A stretch of DNA of 64,000 nucleotides, taken from Gammaproteobacteria bacterium (GTDB lineage Bacteria; Pseudomonadota; Gammaproteobacteria; SZUA-229). Of this stretch, positions 28,448 to 38,689 are shown piece by piece (the stretch's first letter is position 1; each line of letters starts with the position of its first letter). The DNA is taken from assembly GCA_029882355.1 (NCBI GenBank), contig JAOUKV010000004.1, positions 65,999 through 129,998 of the forward strand, read 5' to 3'. The notes under the pieces are model-generated. The model had not been told where the DNA came from and searched no databases. It worked only from the letters and a program-made list of their open reading frames with translations. Both the position numbers and the translations under genes were made by a program.

Positions 28448-28840
28448 ATGAAGACAGTCATAACATTTGGCACCTTTGATGTCTTTCACGTAGGTCATGT
28501 CAACATCCTACAAAGGGCTGCTATGCTCGGTGACACATTGATTGTTGGCATCTCAACCGATGAGTTAAATTATAGCAAGAAGGGTCGCTACCCTATTTAT
28601 AAACAACTAGATCGCATGAAAATTGTTAATGGATTACGTTATGTAAACCTCTGCTTTTTTGAAGAATCTCTCGAATTAAAGCGTGAATATATTGAACGTT
28701 ATAACGCAGACATTCTAGTTATGGGCGATGACTGGGCCGGCAAATTTGATTGCATGAGCGATATTTGTGAAGTGAATTATCTAGAGAGAACCCCATCAGT
28801 TTCAACAACTGAAATCATTGAAGTCATAAATTCAGAATAG
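28448..28840 (+). CDS. tagD: Glycerol-3-phosphate cytidylyltransferase
   Basis: 130 aa, collinear with B. subtilis TagD as I recall it. Motifs: ITFGTFDVFHVGHVNIL (HxGH), VMGDDWAGKFD, RTPSVSTTEI. Confidence 0.9.
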   Translation: MKTVITFGTFDVFHVGHVNILQRAAMLGDTLIVGISTDELNYSKKGRYPIYKQLDRMKIVNGLRYVNLCFFEESLELKREYIERYNADILVMGDDWAGKFDCMSDICEVNYLERTPSVSTTEIIEVINSE

Positions 28841-29068
28841 TTATTACTATAAGTTTTTCAGTTATAGAACTGTCAATGACTGATTCAGATCCTCTTAACG
28901 AACCTAGCAGATACTAAACAAATACCAGAAATACAAATAATATGCACTCTACGCCAAACATATAGTTTCTTTTCGTATAAATTCGAGACAGTATGATATT
29001 CTGTTCAAATTTAAATACCCCTGTAGGAAACAGTTTCAAGATTAGCAATAGGTTTAAGGAGTAACTCC

Positions 29069-30289
29069 GTGAAGTCTCATAAAAACAAAATTACAGTCCT
29101 CTATGTTGATCAGGCTGTAGCCTTCGGCGGGTCAGTTGTGGTTGTAGGTTATCTGGTCAATGCTCTTGACAGATCCATATTCCGCGCAGTTGTTGTTGGA
29201 AGCATGCCCCCCTCTAACCTCAAACACTTAATAAGCAATGATACCAGTCTGTATATTGTACCAAGCTACTATAATTATGCTCGTTGGGAACGTACTGTTA
29301 ACGCCATTAATATATTGCCCAGCAAACTGTTAAGAAAATTATTCATTTATATTTTTTCTGTCTTTAGAAGCATTGTTAACTCTATTTATCTGTTTCACCT
29401 CGCAAGAATACTAATAAAAGAGAAAATAGATATTGTTCATATTAACAATGGCATGACTAACGTAGAAGCGATTATTGCCGCAAAACTGACTGGATGCAAA
29501 TATGTGGTACATTTACATCAGATAAAATATCATGGACTTGTCCAGAGACTACTTATTAAGACCGTACCAAAGTTTATTGCAATATCTGATTTCATCAAAA
29601 CTGAGATGACTTTAAATAGCATCCCAGAGAGCCGTACAGTAGTTATTAAAAACCCTGTAAAGCCGCGAACTTTACAACAGAAAAACATAAATACAATCAG
29701 GGCTAAGTACAAGCTCACTGACAATGATCTAATATTTGGCATCGTTGGCAGGATCGTCAAATGGAAAGGACACGAGGAATTTCTTAAAGCTGCCAAAATT
29801 GTCCTCAATTCGATACCGAATTCAAAAGCATTAATAGTTGGAGATTTCTCTGATGGCGACATTAACTTTCAGACTAAAATCATCGGCATGGTCAATGAAT
29901 ATGGACTGCAGGACCGAATCATTTTTACAGGCTATGTAAAAGATGTTGAGAACATGTACAGCATTATGGATGTGTTTGTACATGCTTCTATAGATCCAGA
30001 ACCTTTTGGTCTGGTGATCACTGAGGCTATGTCTTACGGCATCCCGGTAATTGCTGCTGATAGTGGCGCACCAAAGGAAATTATTTCTGATGGTGAAACA
30101 GGTTATTTAGTTGATCCATACGATAACCAAAAGTTGGCGGCTGTTTTAATAACCTTACTTAGTAACTACAAGCTGAGACGTAAGATCGGAGAAAATGGAA
30201 AAGCTCTCACCCTAGAAAAATACCAGGTGGAAAGTTATGCGCGAGCAATTGAAGATGTTTATCTGGATGTCCTTGGACGAACCAGATAA
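29069..30289 (+). CDS. Glycosyltransferase, GT4 family
   Basis: 406 aa. GTG start behind AAGGAG. Motif SIDPEPFGLVITEAMSYGIPVIAADSGAPKEII. Confidence 0.85.
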   Translation: MKSHKNKITVLYVDQAVAFGGSVVVVGYLVNALDRSIFRAVVVGSMPPSNLKHLISNDTSLYIVPSYYNYARWERTVNAINILPSKLLRKLFIYIFSVFRSIVNSIYLFHLARILIKEKIDIVHINNGMTNVEAIIAAKLTGCKYVVHLHQIKYHGLVQRLLIKTVPKFIAISDFIKTEMTLNSIPESRTVVIKNPVKPRTLQQKNINTIRAKYKLTDNDLIFGIVGRIVKWKGHEEFLKAAKIVLNSIPNSKALIVGDFSDGDINFQTKIIGMVNEYGLQDRIIFTGYVKDVENMYSIMDVFVHASIDPEPFGLVITEAMSYGIPVIAADSGAPKEIISDGETGYLVDPYDNQKLAAVLITLLSNYKLRRKIGENGKALTLEKYQVESYARAIEDVYLDVLGRTR

Positions 30290-30342
30290 ACACCGTATAG
30301 TTATCCCAAAAAAATGATAACCAAATACTAGATCGAGCAGTT

Positions 30343-31539
30343 TTACTGCCCCGGTGTTGGTGCTTTTGGCGGAGCTATAGTGCTGCCATCTGGCGCGGTC
30401 GGCCCTATACTAACATTTGAAAATTTTATATCGTCAATATACCAAAATCCTGTTGCGTCTTCCCAGTGCTGGTGATTTCCCCATAGGGACGGCGCTATGA
30501 CAGTAGAGAGGCTCGATCCGGTTAACTCATAAACTGGGGTCGTTGATTCTTGACCTGCTTCCGCAAACCACAATCGATATTCACCATCATTTTTATCAGG
30601 TGCTGTTCGCGCCTTGAACTCTTCCTGTATGTAATACCAGACACCTGGCACCACATTGACGCTATCTATAATAACATCCTGTGCTGGACCACCAAACGCA
30701 GCTAAACTCTCAATACCTAGCTTCATTGAATCAACCTGCCGATGCAAAACCAGAAGAATCGAACTTGTGCTCTCATCTGTCCAGTAACGAACCTTCTGAA
30801 GCTGTGGAGCCTCGCTAACTAAGCTACTGGCATCAAGTTTGAGGTACACACGCCTGTATATAGCTTCACCAGGTTTTTGTGGGTGATCTGAAAATGTCGG
30901 ACTTATCAAATACGAGATTGCTTCATTGCAGTCTCGACGTCTGTCGATATTGTCCGCAACTAAACCATCTACACCGCAGACTCTTTCAACAGTTATAACA
31001 TCGCCGCTGTTAAATGTATTAGTGGCGCCATCAATACCATCAGCCACCCTGGTGAGAATCAATTTGTCATTGAGACTCGTATCAGTTTGTATACCGGTTA
31101 TCTGCCACTTAGAATAGCCATCAGATTTGTTGTATATGAAGCGTCCGACTCCCGCAAAAATAGGACTCTGAGTAAGGTCGGCGCCACTTGAGTCAACAAA
31201 AAAAGTTACATTGTCGTAGGCCAAACCGGTTTTATGTATTCTGGCTGTGCCGTTACAGCCATTACAAAAACCATTCCTTGCCTGGTAGTTATAACGGAGA
31301 CTGTGTGTTCCACTATGAGCATTCCCAGTGACGAGCGTAAAGAAATTACCGGGCCCTTCTATAACGCCAATATCAGGATCGAGCCGTAAAGACCAGACTG
31401 GATTCGGGGTTTTAGTAACTAACTGATTATCTTCAAAATCAGTCTCATACAAAACCTGACCGGAAGCTTTCACATTATTGATTAGCAAGAAGGAAAGACT
31501 TACGATAAAAACTACTTTTGATATCAATTGATTACTCAT
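30343..31539 (-). CDS. Secreted beta-sandwich (ConA/LamG-like by eye) protein, possibly a glycanase or polysaccharide lyase
   Basis: 398 aa. GGAG RBS, signal peptide (...LLINNVKASG), no TM helix. Late motif GFWYIDDIKFS and a Pro-rich tail. The family is not firmly recognised. Confidence 0.55.
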   Translation of the reverse strand: MSNQLISKVVFIVSLSFLLINNVKASGQVLYETDFEDNQLVTKTPNPVWSLRLDPDIGVIEGPGNFFTLVTGNAHSGTHSLRYNYQARNGFCNGCNGTARIHKTGLAYDNVTFFVDSSGADLTQSPIFAGVGRFIYNKSDGYSKWQITGIQTDTSLNDKLILTRVADGIDGATNTFNSGDVITVERVCGVDGLVADNIDRRRDCNEAISYLISPTFSDHPQKPGEAIYRRVYLKLDASSLVSEAPQLQKVRYWTDESTSSILLVLHRQVDSMKLGIESLAAFGGPAQDVIIDSVNVVPGVWYYIQEEFKARTAPDKNDGEYRLWFAEAGQESTTPVYELTGSSLSTVIAPSLWGNHQHWEDATGFWYIDDIKFSNVSIGPTAPDGSTIAPPKAPTPGQ

Positions 31540-31915
31540 TTATCCGGCTCCTTTTATTTATACACTCAGAAATATGATGACATTTACACGTATTCAGACA
31601 AGGGTGTAACCATCAATAACTGTATTCTCATGCGACCGCAACTGCCACATACATACTTTCTTATGCGCCAGGCACATAAAATACCATGTAGTGCTAGGCG
31701 ATAACAATAGAAAATCGCTATACTAGGCGTGTGAACGGAATTCTACTGTGAATAATATGATGACCTCTAACGAGACAATTATTCGATTATCATCAAGACG
31801 GAATTTGCGCTACATTTTGAAATATAGCCAGACTGAGGGAGAAACCTCATAAGACAGCCTATGGACTTATAGGACTGTGCTTTAATCTGGTATCCATGGA
31901 CATATATATTTAACA

Positions 31916-33175
31916 ATGAAAATCTTATGGCTATCTCAACTGGTTCCATATCCGCCTAAGGGTGGAGTTTTACAAAGGGCTTATCACCTGATTCACGAGC
32001 TGGCGAAATACCATACTGTTGATTTGATTGCCTTTAATCAAAAGGATCTGATGTCACCTTTTTTCGATAGCCAACAAGAGGCGCTGGCGGTATCCGCAAA
32101 GGAACTGGGCAAATATTGCCGTAATATCGAGTTTGTTCCCATTGATTGTGACCGCACCCGCTATGGCAAGCATCTGTTAGCGCTGAAGAGCCTGCTGACG
32201 AAAGATCCTTACACCATTAACTGGCTAAAGTCACAGGCCTTTAGTGAGAAACTGAAAACGTTGTTAAATACAAATAACTACGACCTGATTCACTTCGACA
32301 CCATCAGCCTGATTCCATTTATGAAATATATTGATGACACACCTATGGTACTTGATCATCACAATATTGAATCACACATGTTAATGCGTCGTGCGGATAA
32401 TGAAAAAAACAGTTTTATGCGATGGTACTTTAAACAGGAAGGACGACGCGTAGAAGCCGTTGAAAAGCAGATATGCCCGCAGTTCTCTCTAAACATAACA
32501 TGTTCTGAAATTGATCGAGATCGACTGATCGAATTGGCCGCCGGGAGTCATGTAGAAGAAGTCTCCAATGGGGTTGATATCGATTATTTTCATCCTGATA
32601 AATCCAGCACGCAACAACTATCACTAATTTTTGCCGGCACCCTGAGCTGGTATCCTAACATCGAAGCAGTACGCTTCATCGCCTACGAAATATGGCCTCG
32701 CATCAAGCTCGAAATCCCCAACATGTGCATTGATATAGTAGGTGCTAACCCACCAGAAGATATTCGCCGACTTGCAGAAAAAGAAAAAGGTTTTAACGTG
32801 CATGGTTTTGTCAATGACGTTCGACCTTACATCGATCAGGCAGCAATTTATATTTGCCCTATTAACGACGGCGGTGGCACCAAGCTAAAAATTCTGGATG
32901 CCCTGGCCATGCACAAAGCTATTATTGCACACCCGATTGCCTGTGAGGGTATCGCTGTAGAGGAAGGCGTGAATGTTCAGTTTGCTACTAGCGCTGATGA
33001 ATATATTGCTCAGATTAAACGTTTAATGGCTGACGAAAACGAACGAAAACGTCTCGGCGACAATGCTCGACGACTTATCGAAGACAAGTATGCTTACTCT
33101 ATTATCGGCAAGAACCTGTCAACCATGTATGAAACTTGTGTCAGTAAACCTGTCAATGCATCTGTTGATGTATAG
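31916..33175 (+). CDS. Glycosyltransferase, GT4 (PEP-CTERM/EpsH1-system-associated sugar transferase type)
   Basis: 419 aa. N-terminus MKILWLSQLVPYPPKGGVLQRAYHLI is typical of this subgroup. C-terminal GGGTKLKILDALAMHKAIIA. Confidence 0.8.
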   Translation: MKILWLSQLVPYPPKGGVLQRAYHLIHELAKYHTVDLIAFNQKDLMSPFFDSQQEALAVSAKELGKYCRNIEFVPIDCDRTRYGKHLLALKSLLTKDPYTINWLKSQAFSEKLKTLLNTNNYDLIHFDTISLIPFMKYIDDTPMVLDHHNIESHMLMRRADNEKNSFMRWYFKQEGRRVEAVEKQICPQFSLNITCSEIDRDRLIELAAGSHVEEVSNGVDIDYFHPDKSSTQQLSLIFAGTLSWYPNIEAVRFIAYEIWPRIKLEIPNMCIDIVGANPPEDIRRLAEKEKGFNVHGFVNDVRPYIDQAAIYICPINDGGGTKLKILDALAMHKAIIAHPIACEGIAVEEGVNVQFATSADEYIAQIKRLMADENERKRLGDNARRLIEDKYAYSIIGKNLSTMYETCVSKPVNASVDV

Positions 33176-33184
33176 CTTATATTC

Positions 33185-35170
33185 ATGTGCGGAATAGCAG
33201 GATTACTGAATCAAAGTATTTCGAGAGAGATACTGAATTTGAAAGGCACCGCCATGCTTAAAACGTTGGTGCATCGTGGTCCAGATGCAGGTGATATTTG
33301 GATCAGTGATACACAGAACCTGTTACTGGCACATCGCAGACTGGCTATTCAGGATTTATCTGATAGTGGCCGACAGCCCATGCACTCTGTGTCAGAGCGC
33401 TACTGCGTCGTCTTTAATGGTGAAATTTACAATTTCAGAGAAATTACTAAAGATCTACAACAGCTAGGTCATCATTTCATTGGTCGTTCCGATACCGAGG
33501 TTCTACTTGCGGCCATCGAACATTGGGGCATACAGGCGGCCGTGCAAAAATTTATCGGTATGTTCGCATTTGCATTATGGGACAAGCTAGAGGCGGTACT
33601 GCATCTGTGTAGAGACCGTCTGGGAGAAAAGCCACTCTATTATGGCTGGCAGAATAAAGCTTTTTATTTTGCATCTGAACTCAAAGCAATTGAGGCATGC
33701 ATCCAATCTGGTCTATCCATTGATCTTGAAGGATTCAGTAGTTTTCTACGCCATGGATATGTTCCAGCACCATTATCAATTTATCAGGGTCTATATAAGT
33801 TACCACCTGGCACTATCCTCAGCTTATCTGCAGATGAACTGGTAAACCAACCAGATTTCTCACCATTATCAGGCGAAAAAAAACACGCCCCCCACCCTTA
33901 CTGGCTCGCACTGGATTCTGCCAACCGAGGCTTGGCAAACCCTATTGACAATGAGCATGAGGCCATTGATGAGCTGGATAGACTTCTAAGAACAACGATC
34001 AATCGTCAGCTTATTGCTGACGTTAAGGTGGGCACCTTTCTTTCAGGTGGTATTGATTCATCACTGGTGAGCGCCATTGCACAACAAGAATCATCCGAAA
34101 GAGTGAAAACCTACACAATAGGCTTTAGCGAAAAAGAATATGATGAATCCATTTATGCCGAAAAAATCGCAGCACATCTCGGCACAGACCATTTGACCAT
34201 GCAGGTAACACCACAAGATGCGCTTGATGTCGTACCAACGTTACCCACAATATACGATGAACCATTTGCGGACTCTTCACAACTCCCTGCCTATCTGGTA
34301 TCAAAGCTAGCCAGAGAACACGTAACCGTGTGCCTGTCTGGTGATGGTGGCGATGAATTATTTGCCGGATACAATCGTTACGTATGGGCCGACTATATCT
34401 GGGGACGCCTGGGCATCATTCCTGACTCATTGCGAAAAATGACCGGCAAGGCACTGTCTGTTCCATCGCCACATTTCTGGGATAGGCTTTACCATGCAGT
34501 GGCTATGTTTAAGGGAAAAAATCAATTATCTACGAAATTGGTCGGTTTAAAATTACAAAAACTCGCAGGATTTATGCAACAAGACAATCTTCAACAGGGT
34601 TATGAATATCTGCTGTCATTCTGGGATCAACCAGATCAGATTATGACGAAACATGCGGCAATCGACCTGATCAGGCCAGCACACAAACTGTCTGTCGATA
34701 CCAGCTTCATCAATCAGGCCATGTACATTGATCAGATAACATACTTGCCTGGAGACAATCTAGCCAAGGTCGACAGAGCCAGCATGGCCGTGAGCCTGGA
34801 AACACGCTTACCACTACTTAGTCATGAAATTGTTGATTTGTCATGGAGAATACCAGTTTCAATGAAAGTGAGAAACAAAACATCCAAATGGGCACTACGA
34901 CAGGTGCTGTATAAATATGTGCCGCCTGAGTTAATTGAAAGACCTAAAATGGGATTTTCCGTTCCCATTGATCGCTGGCTTAGAGGTGAGTTAAGGGATT
35001 GGGCAGAAGATTTGCTAACTACTATTGATCATGCCGCCTATGGGTTATTGAAGAAAGAACCTATACTAAAAATCTGGAATGAACATATCAGTGGACGGCG
35101 TGATCACTCTCATCGACTATGGACTGTACTGATGTTTCTATCCTGGAATCATCACAGGAATAAAAACTAA
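33185..35170 (+). CDS. Asparagine synthase (glutamine-hydrolysing) family amidotransferase, exosortase-locus type
   Basis: 661 aa. N-terminal nucleophile MCGIAG and the PP-loop SGGIDSS (FLSGGIDSSLV). Confidence 0.9.
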   Translation: MCGIAGLLNQSISREILNLKGTAMLKTLVHRGPDAGDIWISDTQNLLLAHRRLAIQDLSDSGRQPMHSVSERYCVVFNGEIYNFREITKDLQQLGHHFIGRSDTEVLLAAIEHWGIQAAVQKFIGMFAFALWDKLEAVLHLCRDRLGEKPLYYGWQNKAFYFASELKAIEACIQSGLSIDLEGFSSFLRHGYVPAPLSIYQGLYKLPPGTILSLSADELVNQPDFSPLSGEKKHAPHPYWLALDSANRGLANPIDNEHEAIDELDRLLRTTINRQLIADVKVGTFLSGGIDSSLVSAIAQQESSERVKTYTIGFSEKEYDESIYAEKIAAHLGTDHLTMQVTPQDALDVVPTLPTIYDEPFADSSQLPAYLVSKLAREHVTVCLSGDGGDELFAGYNRYVWADYIWGRLGIIPDSLRKMTGKALSVPSPHFWDRLYHAVAMFKGKNQLSTKLVGLKLQKLAGFMQQDNLQQGYEYLLSFWDQPDQIMTKHAAIDLIRPAHKLSVDTSFINQAMYIDQITYLPGDNLAKVDRASMAVSLETRLPLLSHEIVDLSWRIPVSMKVRNKTSKWALRQVLYKYVPPELIERPKMGFSVPIDRWLRGELRDWAEDLLTTIDHAAYGLLKKEPILKIWNEHISGRRDHSHRLWTVLMFLSWNHHRNKN

Positions 35171-35197
35171 TCGCTTTACAATCTGGAATATATTTTA

Positions 35198-36691
35198 ATG
35201 GCCAACCAACAGACAAGCCAACTTAAAAAGACCGCCAAACATTCCGCAGTTTATGGAATTGGAACAGCGCTACGGCAATTGACCGGCCTGGTGATGTTAC
35301 CAATATACACGCGCTATCTCTCACCTGCAGATTATGGCGTTGTTGAATTGCTGACCATGACCGTTACTTTTGTCAGCATATTTATCGGCCTACGAATTTC
35401 CCAAGCCATGTTTCGTTACTTCGTTCTGGCGGAAACTCCTGATGAAAAGAATTTGATCGTTTCGACAGTAATGCACACAATAATTGCCACCAGCAGCATT
35501 GGTTCTTTAGCATTATATTTTGCTGCTGAGCCAGCTGCCAGAATATTATTTGGTAATTCTGATTATCTGTATGAAGTACAGTTATTTTCAATCACAATAA
35601 TGTTAGGCGCAGTCGCTGATGTTGGCATGAGTTACATACGTGCAAGACAACTACCTGTATTATTTGTAGTCGTGGGGGCAGTGACTCTAATATTACAGGT
35701 TACTTTGAACGTGATATTCGTCGTTATTTTAGATATGCATGTTAGAGGGGTCGTTTATAGCGTATTAATTAGTGGTGTTGTAGTTGCTTCTGTTCTTGCG
35801 CTTTATGTTTTTGGACAAACTGGCTTACGCTACTCAATAACCATTGCAGGCACACTAGTCAGGTTTATCATTCCCTTGATTTTCGCATCTGTTGCTGCCT
35901 TCTACGTAAATTTTGGTGATAGATACTTCCTGCGTATATTTGGTGGTCTTGCTGAAGTCGGTATTTACGCACTTGCATGGCGGATAAGCTCTGTACTATC
36001 CACTGTCTTTGAAGCATTTAACATGAGCTGGTCTGCCGATCAGTTTGAAGTAGTTAAAAAACGCAATGCTCAAGAAACTTTTAACCAGATATTCAGGGTC
36101 CTTGCTGCGGCTCTTTTTCTTTCAGGAACAGGCATTGCCCTATTTGCCAGCGACTTCTTCAGGATTATGACAGCACCCGAATTTTATGCCGCAAGTGATG
36201 CGGTACCTATTATGGTTTTTGCCATTATCTTTCAGGTGATGACAAATTTCTGCCAATTTGGAATTGTTTACAAAGAACGTACTCGACATATTGCTGAAGC
36301 TAACTGGATTAAAGCATTGGTAGCCACAGCAGGCTTCCTGTTGATTATCCCATATCTCGGAAGTGTAGGCGCTGCAATGGCTGTTTTATTAGCACAGATA
36401 TCGGCATTTGGCTGGTCTTATTTAAAATCAAAATCCTTGTACGATATGGGATTAACATGGAGCCCTGTCAATGTTATGGGTGTAATTGCAATATCCTGCA
36501 TTGTGATCGGATACCTTCTACCCGAAGGCGAAATCATTTACTTTATTGCCAGAATATTAATTTATGCGATGCTCATTGTCTTGTTTTATAAAGTACCAAA
36601 CTGGTCTGAATCAGAAAAACAATTTATGCGACAGTCAATTTTGAGACTAGCAGCAATTGTAAAAAAACCGCTATTGAGAAGCCATTCCTAG
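35198..36691 (+). CDS. Wzx-like oligosaccharide flippase (MOP/PST superfamily)
   Basis: 497 aa with ~12-14 TM helices. The N-terminal pattern AVYGIGTALRQLTGLVMLPIYTRYLSPADYG is typical of polysaccharide biosynthesis flippases. Confidence 0.75.
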   Translation: MANQQTSQLKKTAKHSAVYGIGTALRQLTGLVMLPIYTRYLSPADYGVVELLTMTVTFVSIFIGLRISQAMFRYFVLAETPDEKNLIVSTVMHTIIATSSIGSLALYFAAEPAARILFGNSDYLYEVQLFSITIMLGAVADVGMSYIRARQLPVLFVVVGAVTLILQVTLNVIFVVILDMHVRGVVYSVLISGVVVASVLALYVFGQTGLRYSITIAGTLVRFIIPLIFASVAAFYVNFGDRYFLRIFGGLAEVGIYALAWRISSVLSTVFEAFNMSWSADQFEVVKKRNAQETFNQIFRVLAAALFLSGTGIALFASDFFRIMTAPEFYAASDAVPIMVFAIIFQVMTNFCQFGIVYKERTRHIAEANWIKALVATAGFLLIIPYLGSVGAAMAVLLAQISAFGWSYLKSKSLYDMGLTWSPVNVMGVIAISCIVIGYLLPEGEIIYFIARILIYAMLIVLFYKVPNWSESEKQFMRQSILRLAAIVKKPLLRSHS

Positions 36692-36748
36692 TAAATTAAG
36701 ATCAATCTGTATATATCGATAATTAAAGAATATTAAAACTAGTCCTGC

Positions 36749-37882
36749 TCAAAGCATTGAAAGATATTGCGTATAGTATGCTTGCGCATTTGATTTGGCG
36801 GAGTATTTCTCCTCAACTCGATTCGCTGCTTCCTTTATAACATTCGATTTTTTTTGGTTATCAGTTGCATAATCGTTGATTGCATGTGCATATGCTGACG
36901 CCGCTTGCTCATTTACTAAGATCCCACACGTGCCCTGATCAAGCAAATTCGGAACACCACCCACCGCATGTGCTATGACCGGCGTACCTAAGGCCATGGA
37001 TTCCAGCAATATCATTGGCAAGCCTTCATGGTCTGATGTTAGTAATAATACATCTATTGCCCGGATTTTTTCCAGCATATTATCGCAATGCCCCTCAAAC
37101 ACAACCGAAGCTTCAGTTTTAAGATCATGGCTTAATTGTTCAAGTTCGTTACGTAATGGACCATCACCAAAAATATAAAATTTAATTTTCAATCCCGAAC
37201 AATGATCAAGAATATAACGTGCTGTTTTAATAAAAACATCCACCCTTTTTACCTGCACAAGGCGACCAGCTATACCAATTTTGAGTGCATCCATTTCCGT
37301 CACAGGTTTTAAACAGCTGTTTGCAACATATTTATCTATCGCATCCAGATCAACACCATTTTCGATGACCTGTATTTTTTCCAGTGGATAATCCTTTTTA
37401 AGCATGGTGACAAGATCTTCGGAAACAGCAATGATTTTACGTTGCAGAAATCGCCCACAAATCCAGTCCAGAAAATATATTAGCCTTTTTGGAAGATTAT
37501 GCCATGCAGCAATATGTTCCGGGGCACCGTGTGCTGTTCTCAAGCAGGGTATATTGCCATTTATTAACGCACCAATACTGCCCAATATATTTTCTTTATT
37601 ACGATGGCTGTGAATTACATCGGGCCTGAGTGCATGAATTATACGAATCAGTTGAATCAGAATCTTGAAGCCGTTTAATTCTGACTCATCCAGAACTATG
37701 ACTTCTATGCCGATTTGACGAAGCTGCTGTTCGAGCCTGCCGTAATTTAGTATGACGACACTGATGCGCGTCAATGGGTTGTCTTTAAGTTTTTTCGCGA
37801 GTGTAAATAATTGAACCTCTGCCCCAGCCCAGAGGTCGCCAGAAACAATATGCAAAATATGAATTTTTTTATCTATAATCAT
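36749..37882 (-). CDS. Glycosyltransferase, GT4 family
   Basis: 377 aa. N-terminal HIVSGDLWAGAEVQ and the E-x7-E region TSDHEGLPMILLESMALGTPVIAHAVGG. Confidence 0.85.
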   Translation of the reverse strand: MIIDKKIHILHIVSGDLWAGAEVQLFTLAKKLKDNPLTRISVVILNYGRLEQQLRQIGIEVIVLDESELNGFKILIQLIRIIHALRPDVIHSHRNKENILGSIGALINGNIPCLRTAHGAPEHIAAWHNLPKRLIYFLDWICGRFLQRKIIAVSEDLVTMLKKDYPLEKIQVIENGVDLDAIDKYVANSCLKPVTEMDALKIGIAGRLVQVKRVDVFIKTARYILDHCSGLKIKFYIFGDGPLRNELEQLSHDLKTEASVVFEGHCDNMLEKIRAIDVLLLTSDHEGLPMILLESMALGTPVIAHAVGGVPNLLDQGTCGILVNEQAASAYAHAINDYATDNQKKSNVIKEAANRVEEKYSAKSNAQAYYTQYLSML

Positions 37883-37909
37883 CAGTTAAGCTTGTTATAA
37901 CGTTCTTGT

Positions 37910-37915
37910 TATAAT
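37910..37915 (+). promoter_or_regulatory. Possible -10 box (TATAAT) for the methyltransferase/GT2/aminotransferase operon
   Basis: A perfect TATAAT lies 37 nt before ATG 37952, inside a direct repeat CTTGTTATAA-N4-CTTGTTATAA (37891-37914). The -35 is poor. Confidence 0.3.
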
Positions 37916-37951
37916 GAGCTATCAATGTAAATATAACGGAATATCAATGAT

Positions 37952-38620
37952 ATGAACATAATTAAGCGATTGATAGCAATAGCCCCTGCGGCATTTCAGG
38001 AAGAGTTAAAGCGATTTCACTTTAGAAGGCAAATCAAAAATGGGACTTTTGTTACTTGGGAACCTGAATTTGATGAACTTAATAAATTTATTGGTGAGGG
38101 CGACTGGGTCATCGATATTGGTGCCAACATAGGTCATTATACAAACAAACTCTCAGATCTTGTTGGTTCGAAAGGACGAGTTATCGCTTTTGAACCCATT
38201 CCAACAACATTTACTCACCTATCCGAAAACACGCAATATTGTAAATACCGGAATATTACTCTTATTAATGCGGCAGCGTCTGAAGGAACAGCATCTGTTA
38301 ACATGACAATACCTGATTTTTCTTCTGGCTTAAAAAATTACTATCAAGCGAGCATTTCATCGGTAGCTGATAAATCAGATACCACAGTTTTAACCTTCTC
38401 CATTGATAGTTTTCAGTTCAGCCACAAAATAAGTTTAATCAAAATTGATGCCGAGGGTCACGAACCTGAAGTTCTTAGAGGTGCACAAAATCTTCTGGAG
38501 CGTGACAGACCGTTACTCATTGTAGAGACGGTGACTGATGAAATTCGAGAACAACTGCTCGCGCTTGGGTACAGGGAAGAAAAATATAACGGCTCTCCAA
38601 ATATAGTGTTTAGAATCTAG
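37952..38620 (+). CDS. FkbM-family SAM-dependent methyltransferase
   Basis: 222 aa. Motifs DIGANIGHYT and IKIDAEGHEPEVL. Confidence 0.8.
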   Translation: MNIIKRLIAIAPAAFQEELKRFHFRRQIKNGTFVTWEPEFDELNKFIGEGDWVIDIGANIGHYTNKLSDLVGSKGRVIAFEPIPTTFTHLSENTQYCKYRNITLINAAASEGTASVNMTIPDFSSGLKNYYQASISSVADKSDTTVLTFSIDSFQFSHKISLIKIDAEGHEPEVLRGAQNLLERDRPLLIVETVTDEIREQLLALGYREEKYNGSPNIVFRI

Positions 38621-38689
38621 GGTAAATCTGTCTCGATACATATCATCTTAGTCAATATCAACATAATACATAACAGGTTACTTTTAACC

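Noticed and set aside
31540-31915. Search for a c-di-GMP riboswitch, a sigma-54 promoter or small ORFs in the 376-bp divergent region. The leaders at 1902-2086, 3509-3633, 3976-4066 and 28841-29068 were scanned in the same way.
   Set aside because: I found no GEMM-like core and no GG-N10-GC element with correct spacing. There is only a 30-codon ORF (31757-) without an RBS and short, unremarkable hairpins.
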